This document shows positions 8,515 through 17,805 of a stretch of 64,000 bases of DNA, piece by piece; the first letter of the stretch is position 1; each line of letters starts with the position of its first letter. Source of the stretch: Myxococcota bacterium (lineage in GTDB: Bacteria; Myxococcota_A; UBA796; SXON01). The position numbers were made by a program, and so were the translations under genes. The stretch spans positions 1 to 64,000 of the forward strand of contig JAZKFH010000024.1 of the NCBI GenBank assembly GCA_040386535.1. The letters run 5' to 3'. The notes under the pieces are model-generated. The model was not told the origin of the DNA. It ran no database searches and saw only the letters and a list, made by a program, of their open reading frames with translations.

Positions 8515-9483
8515 ATGCCCCTCGTCGTCGAGCAGCTCCGCGGTGGTCTCGTGGAGACCCGCCACCCGATCGTCGCCGCCGTGGCGGACCTCTCCGGCAC
8601 CCGATGGTCGATCGGTGGAGCCGGGGATGTCTCGGACGCCTGCTTCTGGCGCAGCTCCAGCAAGCCCCTCCAGCTCACGAGCTCGCTCGAGCAGCTGCCC
8701 CCCGCCACGGTCGCCGCCCTGTCCGACGCGGACCTCGCGATCGGGGCCGCGAGCCACGGCGCCACGCCCGCCCACGTCGCCGTCGTCGCCTCGCTCCTCG
8801 CGCGCTTCGAGTTGACCGAGGAGGGCCTGCGGTGCGGCGCCCACTGGCCGAGCCACGACGAGAGCGCCCGCGGGCTCGTGCGGGCGGGGCTCCCGTGCAC
8901 CGCCCTCCACAACAATTGCTCCGGCAAGCACACGTTCATGCTCGCCGCCGCCACCGCGCGCGGCTGGGACCCGGACTACCGCCCCATCGCGCACCCCCTC
9001 CAGCAGATCAACGCGGCGCGGTTCGAGGACTGGAGCCACGCCAAGGCGGGCATCGCGGTCGACGGGTGTGGCGTGCCGACGTTTCACGTGCCGGTGAGCG
9101 CGATGGCGCGGGCCTTCTGCCGCCTCGCGACCGAGATGCGCGAAGGCTCGCTCGCGGGCCGCGTGGGCTGGGCGATGAACCGGGAGCCCGAGCTCGTGAG
9201 CAGCCCCGGCGAGCTCGACGCGCTCCTGATGCGCGGCGCCCGCGAGCCCCTCACCGCCAAGCGCGGCGCCGAGGGCCTCATGTGCATCGCGCTCCCGGAG
9301 AGGGGCGTCGGCATCGCGATCAAGAGCACCACGGGCAGCGGATCGGCGCTCGCGGTGGGCGTCCGCGCGGTGCTCGCCGAGGTGGCCCCGGGCCTCCTGG
9401 ATCCCGACGCGGCGTGGCACTGGGCCACCGTCAAGAACGTCGTCGGCGCCCACGTTGGAGAGCGCCGCGCGGTCTGGTCGTGA
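8515..9483 (+). CDS. Class 3 (Rhizobium-type) L-asparaginase II
   Basis: RSSSKPLQ, ASH, HNNCSGKH, DGCGVP, AKRGAEG motifs. Confidence 0.9.
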   Translation: MPLVVEQLRGGLVETRHPIVAAVADLSGTRWSIGGAGDVSDACFWRSSSKPLQLTSSLEQLPPATVAALSDADLAIGAASHGATPAHVAVVASLLARFELTEEGLRCGAHWPSHDESARGLVRAGLPCTALHNNCSGKHTFMLAAATARGWDPDYRPIAHPLQQINAARFEDWSHAKAGIAVDGCGVPTFHVPVSAMARAFCRLATEMREGSLAGRVGWAMNREPELVSSPGELDALLMRGAREPLTAKRGAEGLMCIALPERGVGIAIKSTTGSGSALAVGVRAVLAEVAPGLLDPDAAWHWATVKNVVGAHVGERRAVWS

Positions 9484-9794
9484 GCCGGGGCCGTTACGCC
9501 CCGGGCGCCCGCGTGAGCCCGGTCGCCGTCACGCCCCGGGCCGTGGTCGCCGCGCTTTCGCTCGAAGCCGAGCTCGAGGGCGTGCTCACCGACGCCGTGG
9601 GCGGCGATCCCCCGGGTCCCGGGATGGCGCGGCGCCTGGAGCGGTTGGCGCGTGAGGTCCTGCTCCGGCGCGGCCTCGGAGCGGCACGGGTGATCGCGCG
9701 TTCGGACGCGCGGGAGACCACGGTGCACGTGGTGCTCCCGCCGGGCCCCTCCACCGTGCGGGAGCTCGTCGTGCGGGTAGGCTCCGCCCTCTAG
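9480..9794 (+). CDS. Small hypothetical protein
   Basis: GTG overlaps the asparaginase stop (GTGA); protein-like composition. Start could instead be 9513. Confidence 0.55.
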   Translation: MSRGRYAPGARVSPVAVTPRAVVAALSLEAELEGVLTDAVGGDPPGPGMARRLERLAREVLLRRGLGAARVIARSDARETTVHVVLPPGPSTVRELVVRVGSAL

Positions 9795-9799
9795 CCGGC

Positions 9800-10528
9800 C
9801 TACTTGTTCCCGAGCTTGAACCCGGCGATGTCGGCGCCCCACTTGCCGTCCGACCCGCCGGTCACGCTCACGTCCTTGCCGGCCACCTTGCCCGCGCCGG
9901 TGCCGGAGACACCGTCCTTGTCGGCCTTCACGTCCGCCTTGACGGGGCCCGCGTCGACCGCCGCCCCGCCGGAGACGCCCTTCTTGTCGGCCTTCACGTC
10001 CGCCTTCACGGGGCCCGCGTCCACCTTGGCCGAGCCGCTCACGCCGTTCTTGTCGGCCTTCACGTCCGCCTTGACGGGGCCCGCGTCCACCTTGGCCGAG
10101 CCGCTCACGCCGCTCTTGTCGGCCTTCACGTCCGCCTTGACGGGGCCCGCGTCGACCTTGGCCGAGCCGCTCACGCCGCTCTTGTCGACCTTCACGTCCG
10201 CCTTCAGGGGGCCCGCGGAGAGCGACGCGCTCGCGCCCTTCGGCGACACCTCGAGGTTCATGTTGGCGCTGCCGGCCGCGACCGACATCGAGGCCGACGG
10301 GCCCGCCGCGCCACCAGCGGCGCCGCCGGCCGCACCCGCCGCGCCGCCGGCCGCTCCACCCGCTCCTCCAGCCGCACCGCCGCCGGCACCCCCGCCCGCA
10401 CCACCACCACCACCACCACCACCGCCACCACCGCCACCACCGCCGGATGCACCCCCCCCGCCGCCTCCCCCGCCGGACGCGACCTTGGGGGGATGCTTGT
10501 GGGACACGGACGGAAGCGCGGTGGCCAT
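9800..10528 (-). CDS. Gly-rich protein with about five 22-aa beta-type repeats
   Basis: Poly-Gly/Ala N-terminus, then repeats of ADVKADKSGVSGSAKVDAGPVK. Strong GC3 codon bias on the minus strand; GGAG RBS. Confidence 0.8.
   Translation of the reverse strand: MATALPSVSHKHPPKVASGGGGGGGGASGGGGGGGGGGGGGGGAGGGAGGGAAGGAGGAAGGAAGAAGGAAGGAAGPSASMSVAAGSANMNLEVSPKGASASLSAGPLKADVKVDKSGVSGSAKVDAGPVKADVKADKSGVSGSAKVDAGPVKADVKADKNGVSGSAKVDAGPVKADVKADKKGVSGGAAVDAGPVKADVKADKDGVSGTGAGKVAGKDVSVTGGSDGKWGADIAGFKLGNK
9905..10205 (-). repeat. 66-nt tandem coding repeat, about 4.5 copies
   Basis: TTGTCGGCCTTCACGTCCGCC recurs every 66 nt (about 9918, 9984, 10050, 10116, 10182). Confidence 0.9.
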
Positions 10529-10591
10529 GCGGACTCCAGAGCAGAGCCCCAAGGATACTACGGTCGCGATCTCCGCGCGCCGGTTCCGCCC

Positions 10592-11896
10592 CTACTCCCC
10601 CGCCTTCTCCAGGTACCGCGCCACGTCGTCGTACAGGCCCGCCTGGTTCGCGTAGGTCACGTACCGGCGCGCCACGTCGAGCCACTCCACCGTGGTCGGG
10701 CGGACGCGGTCGAGCGACGCGAGCACGTCCGACTGGGTGATGGCACGCACCTTCCCGCTCTTGAGCGCCTCGGAGAGAGCCCGCTCGCTCGACACCTCCG
10801 CGAGGTGCACGAGATCGGCCCCGGAGAAGCGCGCCGTGCGCCGGGCAATCGCGACGAGGTCCAGGTTCTCGACCGGGCGGTCGCGGAACGCGAGGGCGAG
10901 CACCTCCGCGCGCGCCGTCACGTCGGGGGGCGGCACGAAGATGACGCGGTCGAAACGACCGGGGCGGCGCAGCGCGGGATCGACGTCCCAGGGGGCGTTG
11001 GTGGCGCCGAGCACGAGCACGCGGTCGTTCGAGGCGCCCACGCCGTCCAGCTCGGTGAGGAGCTGGTTGACCATCCGCCGGCCTGGGCCGTGGCGGAGCT
11101 GGTGGCGCGCGGCCCCGATGGCCTCGATCTCGTCGAAGAACAGGATGGTGGGCGCCTCGTCGCGCGCCTTCTCGAAGATCTGGTGGAGGCGCTTCTCGCT
11201 CTCGCCCAGCCACATGTCGAGCACCTGCTGGATCTCGACGACGACGAAGCTCGCCTCACATTCCCCGGCGGCCGCGCGCGCGAGGTGGGTCTTGCCGACG
11301 CCCGGCGGCCCGAAGAGCAGCACGCCACCGCCCACCTTCTTGCCGTACGCGCGGAACAGATCCGGGCGTTGGAGCGGGTAGATGATGTCCATCCGCAGCC
11401 GCTCCTTGAGCGGCTCCAACCCGCCCACGTCGGCAAACGTGATGGAGGGGCGCGCGGGCCGGGGGGGCGGCGGCGGCTCGGGCGCGGCGGCGGGCGTGTC
11501 CACGAGGTGCATGCGGAGCGCGCGGTCGAGCTCCAGGTCCCGGAGCGACGGATCACGCGCCAGCACCTCATCATAGGCAAGCTGCGCACGGTCGCGCGCG
11601 CCGGTGCGGAGGGCGGCGCGCGCGAGGTCACGGAGATCCTCCGGCTCGAGATCGCCGCGGACGGGCCACCAGTGCTCGACCACCCGCGCGTCGTCGCCGA
11701 GCTCGGAGGCCGCGGTGCCGGCCGCCAGCCGGGCGTCGGCCCGATCGGGCGCGCGAACCAGCACCTCCCGCAGCTCCGCGGCAGCCTCGGCCCAGCGGCC
11801 CCCGTCGAGCAGGGTACGGGCGAGGTGCATGCGCAGCGGCACGTTGTCGGGGGAAAAGGCGAGCGCTTCACGCAGCGCGGAGACGGCGTCGGCCAA
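10592..11896 (-). CDS. TPR-containing classic-clade AAA ATPase (single AAA module)
   Basis: N-terminal TPRs, Walker A GPPGVGKT, pore loop MWLGESEK, Walker B FFDEIE, SRH ATNAPWDVDPALRRPGRFDR. Confidence 0.92.
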   Translation of the reverse strand: MADAVSALREALAFSPDNVPLRMHLARTLLDGGRWAEAAAELREVLVRAPDRADARLAAGTAASELGDDARVVEHWWPVRGDLEPEDLRDLARAALRTGARDRAQLAYDEVLARDPSLRDLELDRALRMHLVDTPAAAPEPPPPPRPARPSITFADVGGLEPLKERLRMDIIYPLQRPDLFRAYGKKVGGGVLLFGPPGVGKTHLARAAAGECEASFVVVEIQQVLDMWLGESEKRLHQIFEKARDEAPTILFFDEIEAIGAARHQLRHGPGRRMVNQLLTELDGVGASNDRVLVLGATNAPWDVDPALRRPGRFDRVIFVPPPDVTARAEVLALAFRDRPVENLDLVAIARRTARFSGADLVHLAEVSSERALSEALKSGKVRAITQSDVLASLDRVRPTTVEWLDVARRYVTYANQAGLYDDVARYLEKAGE

Positions 11897-11907
11897 GGGG
11901 GGCTCCT

Positions 11908-12789
11908 TCAGGGCAGTCCGTCGCGCGCCGTGCGGGTGAGGCCGGCGCGCGCGAGGGGGCCGACGGCGGCGACGGCGAAGAACATGACGGTCATCGCCAT
12001 CCCGCCGGGGGCGCGCGGGAACAGGTAGAACAACACGACGCCCGCGAGCGCCAGCGCGATCGAAGCGGCGATCGGCATGCGGGCCGCCGCGCGGATGGGG
12101 GCGAGGATCGGGTGGCCGAGGACCAGGGCCGGCGCGAGCTCGCGGTCCTTCTGGCGCGGGTCGGCCGAGAGCGCGTCGAGCCAGCGGGCGCGGGCGGAAG
12201 CCCAGTCTCCGCGGGCCACCGAGCAGCGCGCGAGCCCCCGGAGCGCCTCGGCGCGGTCCGGATGGATGGCGAGGGCATCGACGAAGGCGGCCTCGGCCTT
12301 GTCCACACGATCGAGTCGGAGGGCGTGGTAGCCGTAGACGGTGTGGGCCTCGGCGTCCTGGGGCGCGAGCTCACGGGCCGCCATCATCGCGTCCTCCGCC
12401 TCGTCCTCGAAGCCGAGGGCCTCGGCCACGACGCCGCGCAGGCAGTGGTAGGCCGCCACGTCGGGCCGCAGCGCCACGGCCTCGCGGGCGTACGGGAGCG
12501 CTTCCTTGATGCGACGCTGGCCGAGCAGGGTCGTGGCGAGGTCGGCGAGCAGCCGAGGGTCCCCCGGTTGGAGCGCCAGGGCCTCGCGGAAGCTGGTCTC
12601 CGCGTCGAACACCCGCCCGGCCGCGCGGAGCGCGCGCCCCCGCACCCGGAGAAAATCGACGGAGGGGGTGTCCTGGCTCGGGAGCCGGTCGGCGAGGGCC
12701 GCCGCCTCCTCGTTCCGGCCGAGCGCCAGCAGCGCCTCGACCTTCTTGTGTTCAGGGCTCACCCGCACCTCCAACCGTTCCACCGACAC
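11908..12789 (-). CDS. TPR protein with two C-terminal transmembrane helices
   Basis: Repeated A..FREALALQPGD / AREAVALRPD TPR units; hydrophobic C-terminal segments. Confidence 0.85.
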   Translation of the reverse strand: MSVERLEVRVSPEHKKVEALLALGRNEEAAALADRLPSQDTPSVDFLRVRGRALRAAGRVFDAETSFREALALQPGDPRLLADLATTLLGQRRIKEALPYAREAVALRPDVAAYHCLRGVVAEALGFEDEAEDAMMAARELAPQDAEAHTVYGYHALRLDRVDKAEAAFVDALAIHPDRAEALRGLARCSVARGDWASARARWLDALSADPRQKDRELAPALVLGHPILAPIRAAARMPIAASIALALAGVVLFYLFPRAPGGMAMTVMFFAVAAVGPLARAGLTRTARDGLP

Positions 12790-12919
12790 GCGCCGGTGCG
12801 CCGAGTTCCCGCGCCGTACCCTCGGAGTGTAGCCGCGGACACGTGTGGCAGGACGGTGGGGAGTTCGTAAACTCTGGTCTCCCCGGCTGCGCGCTCGACA
12901 CGACGTGCCGCCGCGGAGG

Positions 12920-15298
12920 TCACCGGCGCGGTCCGGGGGGCGGCAGATCGAGGGGAAGCGGCTTCTTCGGGTCCTCCGGCCAGGCGTGGCGCGGATACCG
13001 CCGCATCAGCTCCTTCCGGATTCCGGGCCAGTGGCGCTCCCAGAACCCGGCGAGGTCGCGCGTGACCTGCACGGGCCGCTGGTTCGGCGCGAGCAGGTGC
13101 AGCACGAGCGCATGTCCGTTCGCGATGCGCGGCCCGTCCACGAGCCCGAAGAACTCCTGCATCTTCGCGGCGATGTAGGGCTCCCCGTCCAAGGGATAGG
13201 TGATCGGGGCCCGTCGCCGGCTCCCAAGGAACATCCCCTCAGGCGCGAGCGTGTCGAGGGAGGCCGCCGCGCCGCCCAGGCGGGCGCTCGCGAGCGCCAC
13301 GAGCGAGACGCCACCGAGGTCGTTGAAGGATCGGCACCCCAGGCAGCCCGCCTGCCCGAGCGTGTCGAGATCGAGCTCCGGCAGCGGGTGTCCGAGGCGC
13401 CGCAGGAAGGCGACGCGCAACACGACGGCGGCGGCGCGCTCGTGGTCGGAGAACACGCGGTGCGCGACCGGCCGCGCGTGCTCCCAGAGGAGCGCGGCGA
13501 CCTCCGCGGGATCGCCCCCACCCACGCTCTCGTCGAGCACGAGCGTCCCGTAGCAGAGCTGCTCGGTGGACTCGACCCGCTCGCCGACCCACCGCACGGT
13601 CGTGCGCACCTCGGCGCGATCCACGAGCCAGTCCGCGGGGATGGGCGTCAGCGAGCGCACGCGCGCCTTCCCGCCGACCCGCTCCACCTCGGGCACCACG
13701 ACGATCGCGTCCCCGCCGGGCGTCCCGGGCTCCACGGCCGCGCTCCCGCCCTCCGCGAACACGACGGCGCCGCCCTTCCGGCGCCCCACGCGGTCCGGAA
13801 ACCCCGCCAGCAGCGCCGCGGCGAGGGCATCCCCTGGGTCGTCTTGGGGCGGGGGGCGGGCCCCCCGCAACGCCCCCCCGGAGCCCCCGGTCCGCTCCAG
13901 CCCCACCCGCTCGAGCATCCCCGCGAGCTGCCGCGCCGCGTCCTGCGCCTGCCGCGACATCCCCCGCGGATCCAGCGCGCGCACCACGAGATCCTCGGGG
14001 TCGCCGCGGCGCCGCTCCTCGAGGAGGGCCGCCAGCACGGCGCCTTCGCGGGGTACGCCGCGCGTCGCGGCCTCGATCAACATGCGCGCGACCCGCGGGG
14101 ACGCCGGGAGGCGGGTCATCGCGTCGCCGATCGGGGTGCGGCCGTCCACGTCGAGCGCGCCGAGGCGCGTGAGGAGGTCGACCGCCGCCTTCCACGCGGC
14201 GGGCGGCGGCGGGTCCATCCACACGAGCGGCCGGCCGGCGAGGTCGAGCACGATGCCCGCGAGGTCGACCCGGCGGATCTCGGGCGTCGTGTCCGCGGGA
14301 CGCAGGTCGTGGTCGGCCTTCGTGTACAAACGCAGGCACCGCCCCGGCGCGGTGCGCCCCGCGCGGCCCGCACGTTGCCCCGCCGAAGCCCGCGAGATGG
14401 GCTCCAGCGCGAGCGTCGAGAGGCCCGACCACGGGTCGTGGCCCGCCACCCGCGCCAGGCCGGTGTCGATGACGGTGCGCACACCCTCGACCGTCACGCT
14501 CGTCTCCGCGACGTTCGTGGAGAGCACGATCCGCCGGCGCCGGCCCACGCGGAGCGCGCGATCCTGCTCCTCGCCGGAGAGCTCGCCGTGGAGCGGCAAC
14601 ACGTCGGCGTCGATCCCCACGAGCGCCTCGCGGGCCCGCTCGATCTCGCCGCGGCCCGGCAGAAACACGAGCACGTCCCTTTCCGAGATGGACCGTACCG
14701 CGGCCGACACGCGCACCTCGAGCGGGCGCTCGTCCTTGCGCTCCACGTGGGTGATCTCGACCGGGAACGTGCGCGCGTGGGCCTCGACGAGGGGGGCGTC
14801 GAGCCACTTCGCCACCGCCGCGCCGTCGAGCGTGGCGCTCATGACCACCAGCCGCAGGTCCGGACGTGTCGCGCGCAGGGCGTGCACCGCGGCGAGGGCC
14901 ACGTCGACGTGCACGCTGCGCTCGTGGAACTCGTCGAGCACGACGGCGTCGATGCCCTGGAGCGTCGGGTCCTCCGCGAGGCGGCGGCCGAGCAGCGCCT
15001 CGGTGACGTACAACACGCGGGTGCGCGGACCGGCGCGGCGGTCGAGGCGCATCGCGTAGCCGACATGTTCGCCCACCGCCTCGCCGCGCTCCTCGGCGAC
15101 ACGTGTGGCGGCCGCGCGCGCCGCGATCCGGCGCGGCTCCAGCACCCACACCTGCCCCGCCACCGTGTCCGCGACGGCCACCGGCACCCGCGTCGTCTTG
15201 CCGGTGCCCGGCGGCGCGACGAGCACGACCGCGCCGCGCGCCGCGAGGGCATCGAGGACCGCGGGCATGACGTCGTCGATGGGGAGGGCAAGGGGCAT
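12920..15298 (-). CDS. hrpB: ATP-dependent RNA helicase HrpB
   Basis: LPIDD start, APPGTGKTT, DEFHER, MSATL, STNVAETSVT, QRAGRAGR, C-terminal LLAPNQRPVQVT..L..FW...YPRHAWP. Confidence 0.95.
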   Translation of the reverse strand: MPLALPIDDVMPAVLDALAARGAVVLVAPPGTGKTTRVPVAVADTVAGQVWVLEPRRIAARAAATRVAEERGEAVGEHVGYAMRLDRRAGPRTRVLYVTEALLGRRLAEDPTLQGIDAVVLDEFHERSVHVDVALAAVHALRATRPDLRLVVMSATLDGAAVAKWLDAPLVEAHARTFPVEITHVERKDERPLEVRVSAAVRSISERDVLVFLPGRGEIERAREALVGIDADVLPLHGELSGEEQDRALRVGRRRRIVLSTNVAETSVTVEGVRTVIDTGLARVAGHDPWSGLSTLALEPISRASAGQRAGRAGRTAPGRCLRLYTKADHDLRPADTTPEIRRVDLAGIVLDLAGRPLVWMDPPPPAAWKAAVDLLTRLGALDVDGRTPIGDAMTRLPASPRVARMLIEAATRGVPREGAVLAALLEERRRGDPEDLVVRALDPRGMSRQAQDAARQLAGMLERVGLERTGGSGGALRGARPPPQDDPGDALAAALLAGFPDRVGRRKGGAVVFAEGGSAAVEPGTPGGDAIVVVPEVERVGGKARVRSLTPIPADWLVDRAEVRTTVRWVGERVESTEQLCYGTLVLDESVGGGDPAEVAALLWEHARPVAHRVFSDHERAAAVVLRVAFLRRLGHPLPELDLDTLGQAGCLGCRSFNDLGGVSLVALASARLGGAAASLDTLAPEGMFLGSRRRAPITYPLDGEPYIAAKMQEFFGLVDGPRIANGHALVLHLLAPNQRPVQVTRDLAGFWERHWPGIRKELMRRYPRHAWPEDPKKPLPLDLPPPGPRR

Positions 15299-15350
15299 CG
15301 GCGCCCGGGCTAACCCGAACACGCTATGATTCGGGCCGCGGAGGCCCGGG

Positions 15351-15518
15351 ATGATTCTACTGTGGATGCTGGCCTGCATCGTGCCGTGCGACGGAAAGGA
15401 CTGCACCTCCGACGACTCCGGTTCCGCAGCGGCGTCCGCAGCGGCGTCCGCAGCGTCGTCCGCAGCGTCGTCCGCAGCGGCGTCCGAACCCGCAGCCGAC
15501 TCCGCAGTCGCGTCCTGA
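15351..15518 (+). CDS. 55-aa small protein/lipopeptide with SAAA/SAAS repeats (below ORF-track cutoff)
   Basis: GGAGG at 15340-15344, 6 nt before ATG; TATGAT at 15325-15330. Translation MILLWMLACIVPCDGKDCTSDDSGSAAASAAASAASSAASSAAASEPAADSAVAS. Confidence 0.65.
   Translation: MILLWMLACIVPCDGKDCTSDDSGSAAASAAASAASSAASSAAASEPAADSAVAS
15423..15486 (+). repeat. 12-nt tandem repeat TCCGCAGCG(G/T)CG x5
   Basis: Directly visible; in frame within the small ORF. Confidence 0.9.
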
Positions 15519-15536
15519 CGCGAGAGGACTTCGCTG

Positions 15537-17063
15537 TTGAGCCGCTTCTCCCCTGACGTTCACGTGTTGCCCGGCGCCGGGCAGGTCACGCTCTGGCACG
15601 CACGCACCGGCCGCCACGTGCCCCTCTCGGACGAGCTGCTGCGCGAGCTCGAACGGTGGACCCCCGGCCTGTTGCCGCCCCCCGATCTCGCGCCGCTCGC
15701 CCGCCGCCTGAATGAGCTGCACCTGCTGCGGGAGAGCCCGGCCGCCAACGTGGTGGCCCTCATCCCGTGTCGCTCCCGCCTGGTCCTCACGCTGCCCGAC
15801 GTGCCCGCGCTCTGGTTGCCGGACCCCGCCGTGCGCACGCCCGGCGGCCACGCGTGGCGAGAGCTCCCGCTCACCCCGGGCCGCCTCGCGTTCTGGCGCG
15901 CGTGCAACGGCTCCCGCACGACCGCGCAGGTCGCGACCAGTGCCGGCGTCGCGATCGAGGACGCGCTCGCGTTCCTCGCCGAGCTCACGGCGGCGAGCGC
16001 CCAGGCCATCCAGCTCCGGGACCGCCCGGTCACCCGCCGCGACCCCTCCCTCGAGCGCCTCGTGGCCCCCGCGCGCGGCGCCGCGCCCCGCCCCGCCGAC
16101 CAGTACGGCGCCTTCGGCGAGACCACCCTCGGCGACTACCACCACACCGCGATCACCGACGGCGCCACCCATTTCGACGACCGCGAGACCACCATCGCCC
16201 ACGCCTTCGGCGTGCCGCACCCCGCGCTCGGCGGGCAACGCTACGGCGAGCGCCTGTTCGACGTGCTGGACAGCCGCGGCCACGTTCGGCGAGACGCCCC
16301 GATCGTCGAGGTCGGCCCGGGCGACGGCGAGCTCGGCGAGGCGTTCCTCGCGCGGCTCGGCGGACCGGTCGACTACCTGCGGGTGGACGCCTCGCCCGAG
16401 CTCCTCCGCACCCAGCGCGCGCGGATGCCCGGCACCCGCGAGCTGCTCGGCAGCGCCACCTCGCTCCCCCTCCCCGACCGCAGCGTCGGCCTGCTCGTCT
16501 CGAACGAGGTGATCGCCGATCTGTCCGCGGTCCCCTACGATCCGCGCCGCGCCGCACACGGCCCCACCGCCGAGGTCGAGTCGCGCCTCCGGCGGTACCG
16601 CATCACCCCCCACGAGGGCCCGGCCCTCTACAACCTCGGCGCCTGGCTGTTCCTGGAGGAGATCGCGCGCGTGCTCGCCCCTGGTGGCGTGGCCTGGCTC
16701 TCCGAGTTCGGCGGCCTCGACGAGCTCCCCGAGGAGACGACGCAGCTCGACCACCCCGAGGTCAGCATCCACTTCGGCCACCTCGTCACCATCGCGCGCG
16801 CGCTCGGCCTCGGGGTCCAGCTCGAGCCCCTCGCGGAGCTCCTCCGCGCCGACCTCGGCGCCCAGCAGCTCGCCCGCCACAGCTACGAGGGCCTCCGCGC
16901 CCGCATGCGCGCCGAAGCCCGGCACCTCGCCGCCCGCGCCTACACCCCCGAAACGCTCGCCCTCCCCTGGCCCGTCGAAGGCCTCCAGTGGGTCCCCCTC
17001 TCCGACCAGGGCCCCGGCCCCCTGATCACGCGGTTCATGGCGCTGACGGTGCAGCGGGGGTGA
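15537..17063 (+). CDS. Class I SAM-dependent methyltransferase with N-terminal wHTH/PqqD(RRE)-like domains
   Basis: VEVGPGDGEL motif I, VDASP, SNEVIADL (MidA/NDUFAF7-like). N-terminal LWHARTG and FWRACNGSRTTAQVA segments. GAGAGG RBS before TTG. Confidence 0.8.
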   Translation: MSRFSPDVHVLPGAGQVTLWHARTGRHVPLSDELLRELERWTPGLLPPPDLAPLARRLNELHLLRESPAANVVALIPCRSRLVLTLPDVPALWLPDPAVRTPGGHAWRELPLTPGRLAFWRACNGSRTTAQVATSAGVAIEDALAFLAELTAASAQAIQLRDRPVTRRDPSLERLVAPARGAAPRPADQYGAFGETTLGDYHHTAITDGATHFDDRETTIAHAFGVPHPALGGQRYGERLFDVLDSRGHVRRDAPIVEVGPGDGELGEAFLARLGGPVDYLRVDASPELLRTQRARMPGTRELLGSATSLPLPDRSVGLLVSNEVIADLSAVPYDPRRAAHGPTAEVESRLRRYRITPHEGPALYNLGAWLFLEEIARVLAPGGVAWLSEFGGLDELPEETTQLDHPEVSIHFGHLVTIARALGLGVQLEPLAELLRADLGAQQLARHSYEGLRARMRAEARHLAARAYTPETLALPWPVEGLQWVPLSDQGPGPLITRFMALTVQRG

Positions 17064-17142
17064 TCCTCCGCCTCCTCCCATGCCCGGCTGCGGTTCTGGC
17101 CGCCTCCTTCACGAGAGAGCCCCACAGGATAGCTTCGCCGGG

Positions 17143-17805
17143 ATGCCTACCCTGCTGAACCCCGAATCCCTCGTCGAGACCCTCAAGGCCGGCGGGCCGA
17201 TGATGGTGATGATGATCCTCGCGTCGGTGCTCATCGTGGCGCTGGCGTTGGAGCGCTGGATCAACGTCATCCGCGCGGGGCGCGCAGTGCGGCGCCTCGA
17301 CGACAAGGTGATCGAGGCCGCCCGCAAGGGCAACTTCGAAGAGGCGCGTCGCCTCTGCGACACCGTCGGGTCCCCCTCGCGGGATGTGTTCACCGCGGGG
17401 CTCGACCGCGCGCTCGGCCGCGTGAAGGGCCAGCCCCGCATGGCCATGCACCGCGAGCAGAAGCGTGCGGTGGCGAGCCTCAAGGCGGGCATCTGGATGC
17501 TCGGCACCGCCGGCGCGCTGATGCCGTTCGTCGGTCTTCTCGGCACGGTGCTCGGCGTCATGGGGTCCTTCCAGGCCATCGGCTCGGCGGGTACGGGCGG
17601 CTTCGCGGTGGTGAGCGCGGGCATCTCCGAGGCCCTCATCGCCACCGCCGCGGGTATCTTCGTGGCCCTCGAGGCCATCATCTTCTTCAACTACCTGCAG
17701 AACGCCATCGGTGGCGTGGCCCGTGACATGAGCCTGCTGGTCGACGAGCTCAACGAGCTGCTCGAGTCGCGGGAGGCCAGCAATGCAGGGAGCTCCGCAG
17801 GATAG
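17143..17805 (+). CDS. MotA/TolQ/ExbB proton channel protein
   Basis: PFVGLLGTVLG, GISEALIATAAGIFVA. Confidence 0.92.
   Translation: MPTLLNPESLVETLKAGGPMMVMMILASVLIVALALERWINVIRAGRAVRRLDDKVIEAARKGNFEEARRLCDTVGSPSRDVFTAGLDRALGRVKGQPRMAMHREQKRAVASLKAGIWMLGTAGALMPFVGLLGTVLGVMGSFQAIGSAGTGGFAVVSAGISEALIATAAGIFVALEAIIFFNYLQNAIGGVARDMSLLVDELNELLESREASNAGSSAG

Noticed and set aside
9804..10655. Poly-Pro ORF on the + strand
   Set aside because: Antisense shadow of the Gly-rich minus-strand gene; GC3 bias and RBS favour the minus strand.
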